From: Nitrosopumilus sp.
Lineage (GTDB): Archaea; Thermoproteota; Nitrososphaeria; Nitrososphaerales; Nitrosopumilaceae
Direction of reading: 5' to 3'
DNA: 64,000 nucleotides
Assembly: GCA_965197525.1 (NCBI GenBank)
Contig: OZ240211.1
Location: 832,001-896,000 of the forward strand
The notes below the pieces were generated by a model. It did no database searches, was not told where the DNA came from, and worked only from the letters and a program-made list of their open reading frames with translations. A program made the position numbers and the translations under genes. How positions within the stretch are numbered: position 1 is the stretch's first letter; each line of letters opens with the position of its first letter. Below, in pieces: positions 20,600-31,901 of this stretch.

Positions 20600-21018
20600 G
20601 GTTCTGTAAAGTTATAGAGACCTTGGCAATGCTACGAATTACAACGCCAAATAGAATACAAAGCCCAATGGGTCGGGCTCCCACCAGTCGAATATGTAGA
20701 CCCAGAAAACACGAGCAAGACGTGTCCAAGATGCGGAAAGAAACTCCAAGAGGACATGCAACACAGTCGTAAAATGTCGTGTAATAATTGCGGATTGTAC
20801 AGGGATAGAGACATTGTAGCTGCCATGAACATATCACGCAAACCGTCTCCTAGGTTTAGGGATAGTAGAGATGACATAGGTGAAGCGCAGTCCGGTGTTT
20901 TTGAACCGGCGATGATGGAACCCTGCATACCGGTAATCCAGATAGTCGATATGTCAAAGTCAAGTGATAGGAGGATATAACCTGTTAAATCAACAGATAC
21001 CTATAACTTCACAGAACC
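20600..21018 (+). mobile_element. 419-bp GGTTCTGT-family mini-element holding the frameshifted 3' end of tnpB
   Basis: TIR GGTTCTGT(A/G)AAGTTATAG 17/18 (20600-20617 / 21001-21018); interior encodes ELQRQIEYKAQWVGLPP...CNNCG...DRDIVAAMNI homologous to the 6869-8077 TnpB; no TSD seen. Confidence 0.85.
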
Positions 21019-21036
21019 GTTAATAAATGCCGTAAA

Positions 21037-22161
21037 ATGCAAAAGATATGGATGCGCCTATTAGAGTTTCAAGCTAAAGAATTATTTCGAGAGTATGGGA
21101 TCAACCTTCTTGATAGCAAGGCATCAAAGAGCATCGAACAAGGGCGAATACATGCAAAAGAGTTGGGATATCCGTTTGTAATCAAGATTCAAGTGCCAGT
21201 TGGAGGAAGAGGAAAGGCCGGAGGCATTCAAAAATGTCAAAATGATGATGAATTTGAGCTAAGATACCCACAAGTGATGGATTTGAAGATTAAAGGCGAG
21301 AAAGCAAGAGCAATCCTGTTAGAAAAGATGGCAGATATCAAAAAAGAGCTGTACCTTTCTTTGTTTTTGAATCGTTCAAAGAGATGTTACACCATTATTG
21401 CATCAGCTGAAGGCGGAGTCGAGATTGAATCAGTAAAGAATCAGATAATCAAAGAAGTAGGTCTAGGCCACGTATCAGAAGAGTTAGCAAAAGAGGTAGC
21501 CCAAGAGATGGGTCTGCAAGGTAGTAGCACCGCAGAAGGGTTTGTAGATACTCTGATGAAGCTATCAAAACTTACTATTGAGAAAGAGGCAGAATTAGCA
21601 GAGATTAATCCACTTGCCATCATGCAAGACGACTCAGTCATGGCCCTTGATGGAAAATTTGTAACAGATGATAATAGCAATTTTAGACATGACGAATTAC
21701 AAAAATACCAAGAAAAGTCAGAGATTGAAGAACGGGCAGAAAAGAGCGGATTTTCACTAGTAGAACTAGATGGAGATATTGCAGTAGTTGGAAACGGAGC
21801 AGGACTTGTAATGTCTACACTAGATATGTTATCAGATAATGGTGGCAAACCAGCATGCTTCCTAGATGTCGGAGGAGGTGCAACGGCAGAATCAGTATAC
21901 GAAGCACTCACATTAATTAGTAAAATACGCAGGGTAAAGGGAATTCTTGTGAATCTGTATGGTGGGATTGTAAAGACCACGGTAGTTGCAGAAGCATTTC
22001 TTAAAGCATATGAGACTAATCTAATCGATCTGCCGGTATTTGCAAGATTAAAAGGTACAGAGGCAGATAAAGCAAAAGAGATGCTTGATGGGTCTAGAAC
22101 CAAGATATTTGATTCAGTAGAAGACGCAATCAACTCTGCAGTGATGGGAGTAAAGAGATGA
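21037..22161 (+). CDS. sucC: Succinyl-CoA synthetase beta subunit
   Basis: LLEFQAKELF, GGRGKAGG, GNGAGL and LDVGGGA motifs. Confidence 0.95.
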   Translation: MQKIWMRLLEFQAKELFREYGINLLDSKASKSIEQGRIHAKELGYPFVIKIQVPVGGRGKAGGIQKCQNDDEFELRYPQVMDLKIKGEKARAILLEKMADIKKELYLSLFLNRSKRCYTIIASAEGGVEIESVKNQIIKEVGLGHVSEELAKEVAQEMGLQGSSTAEGFVDTLMKLSKLTIEKEAELAEINPLAIMQDDSVMALDGKFVTDDNSNFRHDELQKYQEKSEIEERAEKSGFSLVELDGDIAVVGNGAGLVMSTLDMLSDNGGKPACFLDVGGGATAESVYEALTLISKIRRVKGILVNLYGGIVKTTVVAEAFLKAYETNLIDLPVFARLKGTEADKAKEMLDGSRTKIFDSVEDAINSAVMGVKR

Positions 22162-23075
22162 CTGATATTTTTGCACAACTCAAAGGAGTCCCAAGTGACG
22201 AGGATTACCAAAAAAAAGGGGTAATTGTGCAAGGAATCACAGGAGCATATGGATCATTACACACAAGAAACATGATGACTTATGGCACAAACATAGTTGC
22301 AGGAGTAACACCTGGCAAAGGAGGCCAAAAGTTTGAAGACAAGGTTCCAATATACGATACAATGCAGCAAGCAGTAGATGCAACAGGAGCAAAGATTTCA
22401 ATCATGTTTGTTCCAGCAAAGTATTTCCTAGGAGCGGCAAAAGAAGCATTAGAATCCGGAATCAAACTGCTAGTCGCAATTCCAGAGCATGTTCCAATTA
22501 GAGACACCATGGAGGTATTGAATTTAGCAGATCAGAGAGGGGCAATAATTGTTGGACCAAATACGCCGGGAGTCATGATTCCTGAATTAATCAAGATAGG
22601 GATTATGCCGCCGACACCTTTCAAGGCAGGTAACATAGCAGTACTATCAAAGAGTGGAACATTACTATACGAGATCTCAGATTCTCTCACAAATGCAGGA
22701 TTTGGACAAGCAATTACAATTGGAATCGGAGGCGATCCGATAAATGGCACAAGACTCATTGATGCATTTGACATGATAAAAGACATCTCAGAGTTGGAGG
22801 GTCTAGTAATAGTAGGAGAGATAGGAGGGGATTCTGAAGAGATTTTAGCCCAGAAAATCATAGATTCCGGCTTTAACAAACCTACAGTAGCATACATTGC
22901 AGGCAGAGCAGCACCTAAAGAGAAGAGGATGGGTCATGCAGGAGCAATTGTCATGGGCAACTATGGATCTGCTGAATCCAAGATATCAATGTTCAACAAG
23001 GCAAACATTCCTGTAGCAAAGAGACCTGTTCAAGTGCCCATGCTACTTGCAGGAAAGATGAGAAAATCCGATTAG
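22158..23075 (+). CDS. sucD: Succinyl-CoA synthetase alpha subunit
   Basis: VQGITG, GPNTPG, SKSGTL and MGHAGA (phospho-His) motifs. Confidence 0.95.
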   Translation: MTDIFAQLKGVPSDEDYQKKGVIVQGITGAYGSLHTRNMMTYGTNIVAGVTPGKGGQKFEDKVPIYDTMQQAVDATGAKISIMFVPAKYFLGAAKEALESGIKLLVAIPEHVPIRDTMEVLNLADQRGAIIVGPNTPGVMIPELIKIGIMPPTPFKAGNIAVLSKSGTLLYEISDSLTNAGFGQAITIGIGGDPINGTRLIDAFDMIKDISELEGLVIVGEIGGDSEEILAQKIIDSGFNKPTVAYIAGRAAPKEKRMGHAGAIVMGNYGSAESKISMFNKANIPVAKRPVQVPMLLAGKMRKSD

Positions 23076-23105
23076 AATAAAAGAGAGATACCCGAGTGAT
23101 ATTTA

Positions 23106-23273
23106 ATGCCAATTACTGACCCAGAAAAGAAACGAATAGCACAGCAAGCGCGTCTTGTAATGAAAATATGTTTCAAATGTGGTTGCAGAAATGATATTCA
23201 GGCAACACGATGCAGAAAATGCAGAAATCCATACCTGAGACTAAAGAACAGAAACCTAGGTATCAAAAAGTAA
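23106..23273 (+). CDS. rpl40e: 50S ribosomal protein L40e (not in ORF track)
   Basis: Manual translation MPITDPEKKRIAQQARLVMKICFKCGCRNDIQATRCRKCRNPYLRLKNRNLGIKK. Confidence 0.92.
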   Translation: MPITDPEKKRIAQQARLVMKICFKCGCRNDIQATRCRKCRNPYLRLKNRNLGIKK

Positions 23274-23277
23274 CCAG

Positions 23278-23541
23278 TTAGCAACTCGCCAATTCTTGTC
23301 TATAATCTGTAATTAACGATTTGAGCTCGTCATGGTAACGTAGTACAAATGACTTTGCAGCATCTTTGCTTTCCAACTCTTCAAAAGTTATTTGGAGATG
23401 TTCAGGTAGCTGGTTATTCATCTGAAATAAGATTTTAGCTGCATCAACGTATTGTCCCAAGTTATCAGCATACTCAAATGCCAGATTCATCTTGTCAATT
23501 ACAGCATCAAACTCTTGAAGAAGAGGAGGAAGAGTAGACAT
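23278..23541 (-). CDS. Conserved hypothetical protein
   Basis: ORF track; plausible composition, fills the space between rpl40e and tRNA-Val. Confidence 0.6.
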   Translation of the reverse strand: MSTLPPLLQEFDAVIDKMNLAFEYADNLGQYVDAAKILFQMNNQLPEHLQITFEELESKDAAKSFVLRYHDELKSLITDYRQELASC

Positions 23542-23634
23542 GCAGTTAGTTGTTATGGATTGTATAAAAGATCAAGGTAATTACGATATAACTGAACCTA
23601 AAGACAAAAAAATACCTTTTTTGGTATCAATGTT

Positions 23635-23730
23635 GGACTGGTCGTCTAGTTTGGTTTGGATGACGCACTCACACTGCGTAAGGAGTGTCAACTCCCGCAA
23701 AGGTCGTGGGTTCAAATCCCGCCCGGTCCA
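23635..23730 (+). tRNA. tRNA-Val(CAC) with a 21-nt non-canonical intron (23681-23701, about position 44/45)
   Basis: GGACTGG/CCGGTCC acceptor; ACGCA-CTCACAC-TGCGT anticodon arm; BHB with central helix TGCG/CGCA, bulges TAA and AAG, intron hairpin GGAG/CTCC. Splicing gives a 75-nt tRNA with an AGGTC variable loop. Confidence 0.88.
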
Positions 23731-23816
23731 TTACATCTGTTTTGATTGACTGTTTGCTTTGACGATAATTTTTCCGTTGGACAAGACATCAACATATTCC
23801 CATGTTCGGTTACTGA

Positions 23817-24095
23817 CTATTTCAATGGAATTGAGCTCTTTTCCAAATCAACTAACCCTGACTTGTTTTTTGCAAATATCCAGAATACTGCACCGTTCTT
23901 ATCATATGCTATTTTGTTCGATTCTTCCAGATATGCCAAAACTTTCTTGAATGTGGCATGTTGCACGCCACGTGGCAGTGCATTATACAGCTCTGTCACA
24001 GTTCTAAAATCGTGGTGGGATTCTATTGTTTGCTCTATCATCTGTACCGTATCTAGATTGGGGCTGTGGATCTTTCTCTTTGGGATAATAGTACT
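23817..24095 (-). CDS. Small hypothetical wHTH-like protein; probable start MSKSTIIPK
   Basis: C-terminal part of ORF 23817..24305: SPNLDTVQMIE...TFKKVLAYLEESNKI; start position approximate. Confidence 0.5.
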   Translation of the reverse strand, partial: STIIPKRKIHSPNLDTVQMIEQTIESHHDFRTVTELYNALPRGVQHATFKKVLAYLEESNKIAYDKNGAVFWIFAKNKSGLVDLEKSSIPLK

Positions 24096-24372
24096 TTTAC
24101 TCATACAAGATAATGTACATAATTGTATATATACATAACTGTATATATACATAATTGTGTACTTGGAGATGAAATTGTACCCAAAATTTAGCCGATTCCA
24201 TTCCCAAATTAAGCAAACTTGGCAATATAAAGTAGATATTACATGCACACATACAATATTGCAAATGCACGCTTTCAGTCTTGATTGTACAACCACACAT
24301 GACAATTATGGTAATGATATGCGTAGTTAACGACGCAAATATCTATGTGTGCTCTAAAAGTTTTCATGGTGA

Positions 24373-24407
24373 AACCTGAAAATGCCTTGTTATCAAGTCA
24401 AATCTCA
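24373..24407 (+). repeat. 35-bp dispersed repeat, second copy at 34405-34439
   Basis: AACCTGAAAATGC(C/T)T(T/C)GTTATCAAGTCAAATC(T/C)CA, 32/35 identical. Confidence 0.75.
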
Positions 24408-26952
24408 AAGGATTCAACCCCTCGACACGCAACAGGAGAAATTACCACGCGCGAATGCAACAGAACCTGATCCACTTATTCATCCACCTAAATTAACAGT
24501 CCGTAGATTTAACAGTCTTAAAACAGACCGTAATCCATATCCCTAATTTAACAGTCTTAAAAATAAACACAGTGTTATCTCCCGAATTGAAGAGTAACTT
24601 GAAATCTCCCTAATTTTTAAGTGTAAAAATTATAGATGCTTCAGGTGTTCCCCATCACATACTCTAACGCAACCCTAAACTCGTCTAGGGTTATCAGTTC
24701 TTTTACCACCAGTGGTGCAAGATCAGTCATGACCCAGGCAGGTATGTCTGCTCCCAGGTAACTCAGGCCCATGACAGCTAGCAATTGGCCGTCGTCTGCT
24801 ATCTCAGATTCAAATCCGGACCACATGCGCAGTACAAGCAATGCACGGTCATAGTCAAAGTCATCTGCAAAAGTCTCAGTCCCAAGTTCTGGACTAGGTA
24901 CTGCAGGTAACCGTGGCTCTGGGTCCACCACTGTTACTTGGGGCTCTGGGTCCACCTCCACAGGTATGACATTTAGCGCATCAACGATTATGACGATTGA
25001 AGATTTGTGGTCTGCGTTCCAAGTCCTGATTACCATATTGGTATTCCCTATCGCATCTGCAAACGTGATATCAAGTGTTACTGTCTTCTCAGTGGAATCA
25101 TCAGGGTCAGTTGATACGGTAAGTGAGGCATCTGACAACAGGTTTTGAGGATCAACTATGTTGGTTTGGCCTCTGTTGTATTCCACGTATGTATCACTGT
25201 TCGTGTATAATGTGTCATCATCTTGAAGGTTCAGGTATACTGCAAAGTAGAGTATGTCAAGTCTGTCGTGTGCCGTAAAACTCATGGATATGGGTTGGTC
25301 TACTACAACCTCCAGCGGCGTGGCATTATGGTTTACCCTGTTTTGAGCATTGTAACTCTGGCCGTTTATCTCAAGTGTATCCACAGATGGTGGTGCGGTA
25401 CCTGACTTTTTGGACTCGAGTAGTATTATGGCCGCATCAACAAATGATTCCAAAGGTTTGCCTGACTCGTCTACAATATCGCCTGTGCTACTGTCGTATG
25501 AGAGCATGTCCCCACGAGACAGTGGACCATCAAGTAGTAACGTAAGGGTGTCTGTGCCACTTCCGGTGATGGATTCCACTGTGACTGTATTACCAGAAGA
25601 AGAAGAAGATACTGTAAATCCGTTGGAGTCTGTTCCGCGGGTGTTGACTGACTCAGAGAATGCCAACGTTATAGAAGAACCAGAGCCCCGTACAGATACA
25701 TGGCGTGGAGCTATGTCATTTATTGTAACTGATACCAGTTCGGATGCGGTGCCGCCCTGGCCGTCAGAGACAGTCACATTAATGGAATATACACCGTCCT
25801 GGGACTGGTCAGGCCTCCAAGAGAACGAGCCGTCCCGAGTGATTGATGTGCCGCGTGGCCTGTCTGCCCCGTCACCAAGTGAGAATGTCAGAGAGTTAGG
25901 AGAGCCTTGGTATATGTCATCGTCCCGGGCTGTTGCATCAAACTCGAGTGTGTCTGTCTCATCTATGGTCTGTCCACCTATTGAATCAAGTACAGGATTC
26001 TGATTTACCTCAGTTACAGTTATCTGGACATCCTGCAAGTCAGTGCCGCCGCCGCCGCCGTTACCGTCAGAGACCTGTACGGTTATGGTATGGATGCCAT
26101 CCTGTGTCTCAGTTGGCGTCCATGAGAACACTCCGGTGTTGGCATCCATCGTGGCACCGTCAGGTATCGGCTCGATAAGGGAGTATGTCAGAGGATGGTT
26201 ATCAGGATCAGTTGCTTCAGCAGTGAACGTGAGGGGTGTAAGCTCATCTCCAGTCTGTGATGGGATATTATTCAGTACGGGTAACTGGTTGACTAGGTAG
26301 GCCTCATTAGAGCCTACCACTGCCGTGTCAGTCAGACCGTTGTTTGCAGCATCCTGTATGTCGTGTCCTGATGCGATATCCAATCCTATGGTTCCACTAG
26401 CGGTTACTGTGACTGTTACCCGATATGATGCACCATCACCTGATACGCCAGATATTGTACCCGTGCCGGTGCCTGTTACTGTAAAGTCAGTAGCATCATC
26501 CACATTGATGACTGATTCATCAAACGTGACAGCAAACACTAGGGTAGTGTCAGATGTGGATTCAGTTAGAGGGGTGTGGCGCAGTATGGAGGCAATACGT
26601 GGTGGAGTATTGTCTACCACCGTGACTGTGTAGGTCTCATCATTGTCGGTAGGTGCCAGGTCGGTCAGATCGTTGTCTGCAGCATCCTTGATGTCGTGTC
26701 CTGGTGCGATATCCAAGCCGATGGTTCCAACATCAGTTACTGTAACTGTTACGGTGTATGACGTATCGGTGCCTGTTACTCCAGATATTGAACCTGTGCC
26801 AGTGCCTGTTACTGTAAAGTCAGCAGCATCCACGTTGGTTACCGGTTCATCAAACGTGACAGCAAACACTAGGGTGGTAGCAGTTGTGGATTCAGCAAGA
26901 GGGGTGTTGCGCAGTATGGATACAACACTAGGTGGAGTACTATCTAATGGAG

Positions 26953-27540
26953 GCTGGTTGGGGACTGGCACATTGTTTACCGTGACATCGTAGGTGGCAG
27001 ATGCCGGGGCCCCGTCGTTGTCTGTTACTGTGAGGGTAAATGTAACTTGAGTGTCCGAGGATACCTGTGACGCAGTGTACTGCAGGGTTGCTGTGTTACC
27101 AGACGTTATCGTGACAGCAGATGTGTTATCCACGCTCCACGCGTATGTGGATATGGTGCCGTCGGGATCATCAGCGGTGCCTGTGAGCGTGCCAGATGCG
27201 CTCTCGTTGATTGTAGCGGCACCGGTTATGCTGACAGTCGGAGGCTGGTTGGGGACTGGCACATTGTTTACCGTGACATCGTAGGTGGCAGATGCCGGGG
27301 CCCCGTCGTTGTCTGTTACTGTGAGGGTAAATGTAACTTGAGTGTCCGAGGATACCTGTGACGCAGTGTACTGCAGGGTTGCTGTGTTACCAGACGTTAT
27401 CGTGACAGCAGATGTGTTATCCACGCTCCACGCGTATGTGGATATGGTGCCGTCGGGATCATCAGCGGTGCCTGTGAGCGTGCCAGATGCGCTCTCGTTG
27501 ATTGTAGCGGCACCGGTTATGCTGACAGTCGGAGACTGGT
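26953..27540 (-). repeat. Near-perfect 291-bp tandem duplication (97-aa Ig/PKD-like domain x2)
   Basis: Two copies of ...PTVSITGAATINESASGTLTGTADDPDG...YDVTVNNVPVPN; boundaries approximate. Confidence 0.88.
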
Positions 27541-27569
27541 TGGGGACTGCTGCCATGATCGGATAGACG

Positions 27570-28330
27570 GAACTCAGTGTGTACTCGTTTATGTCGTCTC
27601 CATCATCACCCACCACGAACATCTTGGTGCCGTTGCTTGAAAATGCCATGCCTGTCGGAGAAGTTTCCTGCGCCGAGACGTCAAAGGCGTCGACAAAGGT
27701 CGCAGTGGAGACATCCCACGGGGAGGTCAGGTTGTACTCGTTTATGTTGTTATAGAATTCACCCACCACGAACATCTTGGTGCCGTTGCTTGAAAATGCC
27801 ATGCCTGACAGAATAAAATCCTGCGCCGAGACGGAGGTAGCGTCAACAAAGGTCGCAGTGGAGACATCCCACGGGGAGGTCAGGTTGTACTCGTTTATGT
27901 CGTCTCCATCATTACCCACCACGAACATCTTGGTGCCGTTGCTTGAAAATGCCATGCCTGTCGGAGTATTATCCTGCGCCGAGACGTCAAAGGCGTCGAC
28001 AAAGGTCGCAGTGGAGACATCCCACGGGGAGGTCAGGTTGTACTCGTTTATGTCGTCTCCATCATTACCCACCACGAACATCTTGGTGCCGTTGCTTGAA
28101 AATGCCATGCCTCGTGGTTTAGTATCCTGCGCCGAGACGTCAAAGGCGTCGACAAAGGTCGCAGTGGAGACATCCCACGGGGAGGTCAGGTTGTACTCGT
28201 TTATGTCTTCGTCGAACCAGCCCACCACGAACATCTTGATGCCGTTGCTTGAAAATGCCATGCCTGTCGGAGTACTATCCTGCGCCGAGACGTTAAAGGC
28301 GTCGACAAAGGATGCCGTGCTGACATCAAA
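27570..28330 (-). repeat. Five 153-bp tandem repeats (51-aa beta-propeller blades)
   Basis: Unit GMAFSSNGTKMFVVG-x-INEYNLTSPWDVSTATFVDAFDVSAQ; boundaries approximate. Confidence 0.9.
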
Positions 28331-28802
28331 CGTGCTCATGATGGGGTTCCCGGCAGTGTCACTTACCGCCCCGGGTTCTATGGTCAGCTCCAGCGTGGTC
28401 AGCCCCGCGACAGTTGCATTGTGCGACGCAGTCAGTGTAAACGAGATCGTGGTGCCATCTGTGTTGGTATCAAGTTCTGCTGCAGTCAGTGTCACACCTC
28501 CGGTGTATGTGCCCGACTCCCTTATGTGTATTTTGGATGTATCGACCTCTGTTTTGGGCGTCGCATCTATGTCCTCTGAAAAGGTAATACTCAGCACACC
28601 TGTACCCGCATCAAGATCAGAGGAGACGAAGACTGGGGGCGTGGCATCACGCACGGTTATCGTGACTGTCTCCGAATCGCTCCCTCCGTTGCTGTCTGAG
28701 ACCTGTACAGTCACGGTATGGATGCCGTTCTGCGATTCTGTTGGTGTCCATGTGAACACGCCGGTGGCCGAGTTTATAGAGGCGCCTGTCGGGGCATCTG
28801 CA

Positions 28803-30471
28803 TACTATTCTGATTAAAGATCCGGACAAAATCGCTTTCACCATTGAAATCTAAATTAGATGTTCAAAAACAAGACAATCAACTAAGATATGGAAGTGTC
28901 TTGAATAATACACGCAGTGCTAGAAGAGATCCGGATGTACATAGCCGTCACACGGTAATAATAACACAGAATGATCTGTTCAGTGTGCAGATATTTTGTG
29001 TATGCTGATCACTGTTGTATGATTGTAGGGCCTACAGGTATGATCCGCGGAGGGTGCCACGGCCCGTTTTGATTTTTGAGGGCCTCCTGCATATATCTGA
29101 ACAGTTTGACTATGGCCACTTCTCTGCTGTGCAACAGCTGCCTGATCCTCTTTTGCAGCTCGTCTAGCCCTCCAAAAAACATGTCTGCAACTGCACGCCT
29201 TATCTCGCGCCACTGTATCTCGATTGGATTGTGCTGCGGGGTACGGGGAGGTAGAAACCACAAGATGACATCGCCCTTGGTGCTTTTAATATAGTTGCCC
29301 ATCTGTCTGCCGGTGTGGGCTGCCGCGTTGTCAAGTATTACAAACACCTTGCCGTACCTGTATCTGAGATACTCCAAAAGTGCAATCGTACTATTGGCAT
29401 CCGTCTTTTGATGGAACTGTATGTCAAGCGTGCCCAGTCCCAGTGCCCCTATGATCTTTATGCTCTTTTTTGAAAAATTAATCTGGACCGTGTCCTTTCC
29501 GCCTTTTGCCCGTATGCCCCGCGTCGATGAGGGCGCATCTACAAAGGCTGCGGCGTCCACACATACTGCTTTGTAATGCTTGTTGTCATATTTTTTGAGC
29601 ATCTTTATGGTTTCGCAGATGTATTCATCCTGCTTTTCAGGCGTGGCACAGTTGTACGGCACGGGTCTTGCATATCTGACAGAGAAACCAATCTTTTTTG
29701 TCAGCTGTAACGCGCCGCTTGCACCGTACGCCACTTTGAACCTGTTTTTGATATGACAGGCGACAATCTTTGCGGTCCACGAACCACGCAGAAAACCGCA
29801 TTCTGCAGGACTTTTGCCAAGATCCATTCTCAGTCTGTTTTTTTGCTTGACAGAGAGGCGACACGGCCTTCCCGGACTCTTCCTGTCGTGTATGCGTTTG
29901 ATTCCTCCGACGGCCAGACGCAGCAGCCACCCATAGACGGTACTTTTTGCAACTCCAAGAGCTTGGGATATCTGCCTGAATGAACTGCATTGCTTTCTGA
30001 GTCTGACTGCCTGTAGCACGCACTTGACCTTGTAATCCGTGCTGCCTGCGTGCAGTGATTCAATGTCTGCCATATCGACATCTGGAAGAAAGATTTCCCT
30101 CGTTCCACTATACATGCAGCAGGGACATCCGTACTATGCAAGATATTTCTGCGTCTCATACCGGTCCGACCCTTCTGCCATACCGCGCGTAGTTAGTTGG
30201 GATTAACTTGCAGTGAAGAAAAAATTTACATACGTTCTTAAGCGTTGTTCCTGTGAGTGTTTGTTGTGTGCGTCCCTTCATTTGTGGATATCTGAAGGGA
30301 TTTCACACTGTATGTTATTGTCAGAGACGGTATCAATTACGTTTGCAGTAAACTGATTTAAAACGTAAGGCACGCACATGCAGGATTGATCAGATCGTGT
30401 TGATTACCCATTCACGCATCTGTTGTAGGAACTTTTTCTAGAAAGTGTCCGGATCTTTAATCAGAATAGTA
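28803..30471 (-). mobile_element. IS630-family element, about 1.67 kb
   Basis: Perfect inverted repeat TACTATTCTGATTAAAGATCCGGACA (28803-28828 / 30446-30471), flanked on both sides by TGCA; interrupts the surface-protein gene. Confidence 0.88.
29009..30115 (-). CDS. IS630-family transposase (single ORF, HTH + DDE)
   Basis: HTH region, W....V...I...F.V.Y, VDAAAF, LDNAAAH and FLPPRTPQHNPIE.QW motifs. Confidence 0.93.
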   Translation of the reverse strand: MYSGTREIFLPDVDMADIESLHAGSTDYKVKCVLQAVRLRKQCSSFRQISQALGVAKSTVYGWLLRLAVGGIKRIHDRKSPGRPCRLSVKQKNRLRMDLGKSPAECGFLRGSWTAKIVACHIKNRFKVAYGASGALQLTKKIGFSVRYARPVPYNCATPEKQDEYICETIKMLKKYDNKHYKAVCVDAAAFVDAPSSTRGIRAKGGKDTVQINFSKKSIKIIGALGLGTLDIQFHQKTDANSTIALLEYLRYRYGKVFVILDNAAAHTGRQMGNYIKSTKGDVILWFLPPRTPQHNPIEIQWREIRRAVADMFFGGLDELQKRIRQLLHSREVAIVKLFRYMQEALKNQNGPWHPPRIIPVGPTIIQQ

Positions 30472-30599
30472 TGCACCTAGCGAGTACATCATGGTGTCAG
30501 CAACTGCAGTAAAGGTGAGTGTTTCGCTCGTTTACGCTATGCGCCCCGATGGGCTGCAGCACCGGTGCCCGGTTTGATACCGCGATCGGATAGACGGAA

Positions 30600-31370
30600 C
30601 TCAGTGTGTACTCGTTTATGTCGTCTCCATTACTACCCACCACGAACATCTTGGTGCCGTTGCTTGAAAATGCCATGCCTGTCGGAAAAAGATCCTGCGC
30701 CGTGACGTCAAAGGCGTCGACAAAGGTCGCAGTGGAGACATCCCACGGGGAGGTCAGGTTGTACTCGTTTATGTCGTCTCCATTACTACCCACCACGAAC
30801 ATCTTGGTGCCGTTGCTTGAAAATGCCATGCCTGTCGGAGAAGTTTCCTGCGCCGAGACGTCAAAGGCGTCGACAAAGGTCGCAGTGGAGACATCCCACG
30901 GGGAGGTCAGGTTGTACTCGTTTATGTCGTCTCCATCATTACCCACCACGAACATCTTGGTGCCGTTGCTTGAAAATGCCATGCCTGTCGGAGTATTATC
31001 CTGCGCCGAGACGTCAAAGGCGTCGACAAAGGTCGCAGTGGAGACATCCCACGGGGAGGTCAGGTTGTACTCGTTTATGTCGTCTCCATCATTACCCACC
31101 ACGAACATCTTGGTGCCGTTGCTTGAAAATGCCATGCCTCGTGGTTTAGTATCCTGCGCCGAGACGTCAAAGGCGTCGACAAAGGTCGCAGTGGAGACAT
31201 CCCACGGGGAGGTCAGGTTGTACTCGTTTATGTCTTCGTCGAACCAGCCCACCACGAACATCTTGATGCCGTTGCTTGAAAATGCCATGCCTGTCGGAGT
31301 ACTATCCTGCGCCGTGACGTTAAAGGCGTCGACAAAGGATGCCGTGCTGACATCAAACGTGCTCATGATG
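30600..31370 (-). repeat. Five 153-bp propeller-blade repeats (second array)
   Basis: Near-identical to the array at 27570-28330; boundaries approximate. Confidence 0.9.
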
Positions 31371-31889
31371 GGGTTCCCGGCAGTGTCACTTACCGCCCCG
31401 GGTTCTATGGTCAGCTCCGGCGTGCTCATTCCCGCGACAGTTGCAAGGTGTGACGTAGTAAGTGTAAATGAGATTGTGGTGTCGTCTGCGTTGGTATCAA
31501 GTTCTGCTACAGTCAGTGTCACACCTCCAGTATAGGTGCCCGACTCCCTTATGTGTATTTTGGATGTATCGATCTCTGTTTTGGGCGTCGCGTCTATGTC
31601 CTCTGAAAAGGTAATACTCAGCACACCTGTACCCGCATCAAGATCAGAGGAGACAAAGGTTGGGGGGGTGCTGTCTTGAACCTGCGCAAACGCATATTCT
31701 AACAACAGCCACGCGAATACGGTATCACCAGACGGAGGCCACGCATTCAGAACGGCAACACCGCCGTCCCAGGTGGGCGCGCCGGTCAAGCCTCCAGGCT
31801 GCATGATCAAGAGCCCGGCCGTCACCACAAGCGCCAGCGCCGCGATTGCCACGGTTCTGCCGTCTCTTCTATTCCTCAGACCACACACA

Positions 31890-31901
31890 CCCCCCCCCCC
31901 C
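31890..31901 (-). repeat. G12 homopolymer (C12 on + strand) at the 5' end of the surface-protein gene
   Basis: CCACACACA-C12-ACAAC; encodes VVGGGGVC in the ORF. Confidence 0.85.

Larger units (their letters stand above)
24641..28798 (-). pseudogene. 3' part of a giant surface protein (beta-propeller blades, PKD/cadherin/Ig-like repeats, thaumarchaeal C-terminal IPAW domain), cut off from its 5' part by the IS630 element
   Basis: ORF 24641..28759. The frame continues upstream as DAPTGASINSATGVFTWTP and joins the 30476+ segment once the element is removed. Visibly GC-richer than its neighbours. Confidence 0.85.

Noticed and set aside
27777-31535. Long + strand ORFs 27777..28817 and 30606..31535
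   Set aside because: Antisense shadows of the GC-rich propeller repeats; the minus strand encodes the recognisable protein.
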